64,000 bases of DNA from Phaeosaccion multiseriatum (taxonomy: Eukaryota; Protista; Ochrophyta, other classes), in assembly GCA_965112735.1 (NCBI GenBank), contig OZ218961.1:2790001-2854000 (forward strand). Reading direction: 5' to 3'. The notes beneath the pieces are model-generated. The model was not told the origin of the DNA. It was given only the letters and a program-made list of their open reading frames with translations, and searched no databases. The position numbers were made by a program, and so were the translations under genes. Each line of letters starts with the position of its first letter. Position 1 is the first letter of the stretch. This document shows, in pieces, positions 60,043-64,000 of this stretch.

Positions 60043-61456
60043 ATGGCGTCCACAGTGAGCAGCAGGAAGAGTAGCACGGCCTGGGAGGGCATGGCTTCAC
60101 CGCCGCAGTCCCCTCCAGACGGGTCTACCCTGAGCAATGTGGCCGAGGAGCAGATGCGGCTCCGGCAGAAGAGGGTGAGTGTGGTGTGGGTCTTGACTAT
60201 GGGGAGAGGCTTCATTGAGGGTATGAGTGGGGTCGTTGGGTGGCTGCTGCCTGCTCTGCTTGGCCCTCCCTCTCACCACGTAAGGCTTTTGTCTTTTGTC
60301 TCCTCGATGGTTCGGGGCGGCCTAACACAATAGGACGCGCTAAAGGCCTCGCACGGTGACTACTTGGCGTCTCACCCGGAGCTTCCAAAGGTAGTCAATG
60401 ACCTGGTCGGTGCTGTGCTGCAGGAGAAGCCGAATAATGTCTTTGACTTTGCAAAGCAGGTGTTTTCAAGCACGGCCGAGGACGACGAGGCCGGAGAAGG
60501 AGGCGTGAAGCGGCCTGTAGTGTTTGCAGGCCCCAGCGGCGCTGGTAAAGGCACCATAATCAAGCGGGTCATGGACAAGTACCCGAGTAAGTTTGGCTTC
60601 AGCGTGAGCCACACCACCAGGGCCCCCCGAGAGGGGGAGGAGGACGGAGTACACTACAACTTCACCACCAAGAGCGCGATGAAGGAGTCCATTGATAAGG
60701 GCCTCTTCATCGAGCACGCTGAGGTGCATGGCAATTACTACGGGACTAGCTTTGCGGCCGTGGAGAAGGTCTCGCGGGCGGGACAGGTGAGGGGTTTCCG
60801 AGGGACCACAGCTTCCAAGGCGCTTGGAGACAAGACCCTTTGGACGAGGCGTTCGTGTACTGTCTCGCTCTCTCTTGCGTTGTTAATGACTCTGACGCCA
60901 TTGCCCCCTGCCATGCTCCCCGTCTCCGTTCGTGTGGATCAGGTATGCATTCTGGACATAGATATCCAGGGGGTGCAAAACGTTAAAAAGTCCAGCCTGC
61001 TGCCCTATTACGTGTTCATCACTCCTCCGAGTTTGGAGGTACGTAAGGCGCCTTGTCTCGAGGAGAGAAAGAGAAGGACGAAAGGAGAGGTCGTCTTCCA
61101 TTGCCGGCTAGGAATCAGCTCTGGACGGAGGCACAAAATCTCTTCTCTCTCTCAGTTACTGCCACTGCGCTGCCCAAGGCTCGGACGCTCCTCTCCGGCT
61201 TTCTTATCCGAAGCGTATGTATCACACCTTCCCTTCCTCCTGCACATTCCTCTAGGTGCTGGAGCAACGTCTCATAGAGAGAAAGACGGAAACGGCAGAG
61301 ACACTTAAGACAAGGCTTGGAAACGCAAACAAGGAGATGGAGGAGGGGAGGAAGGAGGGCGCGTTCGACACGGTCATTGTCAACGACGAGTTGGACACGG
61401 CGGTGGAGGAGCTGGCACAGCGCCTACGCCAATGGTTCCCACATCTCGAGGCTTAA
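60043..61456 (+). CDS. Guanylate kinase with an N-terminal RIIa/DPY30-type dimerization-docking domain
   Basis: YLASHPELPKVVNDLVGAVLQEKPNNVFDFAKQVF, then GPSGAGKGT, FSVSHTTRAPREGEEDGVHYNF, EVHGNYYGTS, ILDIDIQG, FDTVIVNDELD. Confidence 0.92.
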
Positions 61457-61937
61457 ATAACCCCTTTTCCACATTTTTGTCTGCTCTGCTTTTTTTGTTT
61501 GTTTTTTTCATATGCTAAACGCTTTGAAATGCTGGCTGCCCTCACCTGAGCTCCACACGATAACGCATAGGACGGACGCCCTATATATACAAAATATATA
61601 TCGCCTCTGCCCCACAGGCGGGTGCGGGGGCAACTAAAGCTCGTTGGGGTTGGCCTTTGGGCCCCCCTGAGCTGCGCCTTGTTCCCGCCCGCCTCCCCCG
61701 CGCAATGGGGGGTTGGTGTGTGGGGGTGGCCAGATTAGCTGGCTGTGTACGAAACGAAGGGGAGGAAGCCCCCTTACTACGCTAAAGATAAATTAATCAA
61801 CTGAATAAACCAACCACTGCAGTCACACAAGTGAGATTCGTGTCCTTTCGCTTACGGCCTTGCCCCAAGGGAAGGGAGAAGGTTGGACCCCCCCCCCCCT
61901 TGTGTGAGTCGGGTCCCTCCCTCCTCCCTCCCTCGGC

Positions 61938-63327
61938 TCAGCTGCTCTTACCATTGAGGGACCAGTCGTATGGCTCGTAGAGCACCTTGAACGTGTCGTT
62001 GGCGACGTTCTGCATCACCAACGCCTTCTCCTCCTCCCCCAGGAAGTTTGCTGCAAACGTCAGCTGCGGCTTGCCTTCCCCCCCAAAGTCATCTGCGTAC
62101 CACTTGAAGATTTGACTCATCTGCAGGTGCCCACCCTCTTGGATGGGCAGGGCTCGGCAGAAGGCTTTTGTCGCCACGTCCAGTTGGTCGTTCACCTTCT
62201 CGCCGCTGTAGAAGCGGATGGGGGGGCAGCTTTTGGCACCGCAATTCAGCGCAAAATGCTGAGGAGGGCAGCAGGGGGGAGAGGAGAGAAGAGAAGAGGC
62301 GAGCAGAGCAGAGCAGATGGAACATGAGGTGAGCAGCAGGATGGAGAGAACTAGTCGAGAGGGGAAAAGACATGGGCCAGGAAGGCGCTCAAGCCGGTGC
62401 GTTACAGAACACCGAGAAGGAGGGGGGGGAGGGAGAGTATAGTGCAGGGAAGAAGCTCTGATGAGCGTTCTTCCGTGGTCTTCAAGACTTCGTGAGATCA
62501 TGCCTGCGGAGCGAGCGCACTCACAATTCTAGGGTCGAGGGTCTTCTGCATAAAGGCCAGGCGCTCGTCTCCCTCCCGGAAGGGGGGCTTGGAGCCCGGT
62601 GCCGCACTCGGCTTGTTTCCGCGTAGCACTCCGTTCTCAATGTCATTGAGGCTGTACACCAGTCCGCCGATGCGGTAAGAGGAGAGAGCGTACATTCGTA
62701 GACGGTCCTGCATGCCTCCAATGTCGCTGCCCCGGAGGACAATCGCGTGCCAAATGAGGCTGTTGTACGTGTTGAGGAAGAAGGCCTTCCTCTCATCCTC
62801 TGAAAGATCCCCGAGCTTCACTGTCTGAAGCATGTCCGTGAGATGAATGTACTCGGCCCACTCTTTACTTTCTGCCAGTCCTTTGTAGTTAACATCCACC
62901 CCATCGCTGAAGGAAGCGAAGAGCGTCTTCGTGCTCGACATGAGCCTCTCCGCAATTTCCCCTGCGGGTACATCCTCCTCCGCAGGGCCCTGCGTGGACT
63001 TGGGAGTCTTCCCATTAAGGACCTTCTTAGGCAACCACACTGCACACACAGGGGAAGGGGGATACGGACAAGGTATGGGTTAGAACAGCCCCCCAACCCA
63101 GCCAAAGGGTTCCGTCCGCTTCCCAAGGACTCACATGGGCCGATGACCTGTCCCCATCCGTTCCCAAAGAGCCCCATTGTAAGCGTCGAAGCCCTCCTTG
63201 TTGCTGCTCTTGATCTCTGCTGAGGGACGATCGGGCTCCCAAATACGAATGCTTGTGCTTGACTTACGCGTTGAAAGGATGAAGAGAACAGGGCCAGAAG
63301 ACAGAGTCTCAGCACTCGCGAGTTCAT
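61938..63327 (-). CDS. DUF547-domain protein, plastid-targeted
   Basis: Signal peptide + AQAFV. Motifs ERKAFFLNTYNSL, YSLNDIENGVLRGN, DPRI|HFALNCGAKSCPP, SQIFKWYADDFG, YDWSLN. Confidence 0.9.
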
Positions 63328-63456
63328 GTGTGTGGCCCCTTTCTATTTATCGGCATCCGTCGGGCGACATCTACTGCCATCACCGCCGTCGGAATCGCGA
63401 CGGGTACATTTCCATTTCCGCCTTTCCTTCCCTTCCCCTTGTTCTCTGTCGTCCTC

Positions 63457-64000
63457 ATGAAGAGATCACTGCCACCGTCGGCGGCTAGACCGCAACGCCC
63501 TTATGCAGATGTGGAGCATCTGATCGACCCCCTTCCTCAGCCTTACCGCATGCTTTGTAAGCTGCTGGAGGAGATCCTCGAAGGCGCATGGGGCTCCATC
63601 TTGGAGCGCAACCCACAGCTCAAGACTAGCCCAGCGGACGAAGTGAGAGCTCGCATCGATGTAGATCTGAGCCGGACTGCACGTCCGTCCTACATGTTGC
63701 GGGGGTGGAGACTGACGACGATGGTGTGGGATCCCGCCGGGAAGGCGCTGTTCTCGGGCACCTCGTCTGGGCACTTGCTCGTAGAAACGCCAGAGGAGGG
63801 CAAGTCGGCAAGCCTTCTTGTCTTTCCCGAGGTGTCGCCGGCAGGAGTCACATGCATGTCCAACTCTGTTGATGTTGGCCCTGTGAATCAGCAGCAGGGC
63901 TCGTGTGTGAGACTCGCGGTGGCGGCTATGATCGAGTACAGGGCACCGGAGCCGCCGAAGGAGGAGGAGAATGTTGGCAAGAAGGGCGGCAGCAAGGGGC
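63457..64000 (+). CDS. WDR93: WDR93/CFAP297-like flagellar WD-repeat protein (5' part; runs off the window)
   Basis: MKRSLPPSAARPQRPYADVEHLIDPLPQPYRMLCKLLEEILEGAWGSILER resembles the WDR93 N-terminal motif LPQPYRMI.KL..L....W..IEER. Confidence 0.7.
   Translation, partial: MKRSLPPSAARPQRPYADVEHLIDPLPQPYRMLCKLLEEILEGAWGSILERNPQLKTSPADEVRARIDVDLSRTARPSYMLRGWRLTTMVWDPAGKALFSGTSSGHLLVETPEEGKSASLLVFPEVSPAGVTCMSNSVDVGPVNQQQGSCVRLAVAAMIEYRAPEPPKEEENVGKKGGSKG

Noticed and set aside
1-64000. tRNA, rRNA, spliceosomal snRNA genes, or autonomous transposase/reverse-transcriptase ORFs
   Set aside because: No matching signature was seen by eye. A covariance-model scan could still find divergent RNAs.

Overview
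Eukaryotic nuclear DNA: GC-rich and intron-dense, with GT-AG introns full of microsatellites. The organism is a photosynthetic stramenopile with a complex plastid (several signal-peptide + ASAFAP-type presequences), most consistent with a eustigmatophyte-like ochrophyte that keeps flagellar genes. About 21 spliced or single-exon genes can be read: Fe/Mn SOD (partial), BAR-PH-ArfGAP-ANK, UROD/HemE, RPL15, GatA, Tic20, an ABCB-type half transporter, CCB3, a STIM-like EF-SAM/FN3/TM/FYVE-like protein, a hypothetical ORF, MED31, an F-box protein, EFCAB2/DRC8, CtpA, an ARM-repeat protein, ITFG2, CDC37, RAD21, a D/D-domain guanylate kinase, a DUF547 protein and WDR93 (partial). Most interesting: (1) a STIM-type luminal EF-hand/SAM Ca2+-sensor module joined to FN3, a TM helix and a cytosolic FYVE-like finger instead of the Orai-activating coiled coils; (2) three miniature TIR elements with TCGACC...GGT(C/T)GA ends, two with perfect 6-bp target-site duplications, a combination I cannot assign to a known DNA-transposon superfamily; (3) a SOD with a twin-arginine lumen-targeting signal; (4) apparently catalytically dead ABC and ArfGAP domains. 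All gene models were assembled by eye, so exon boundaries need RNA-seq confirmation.
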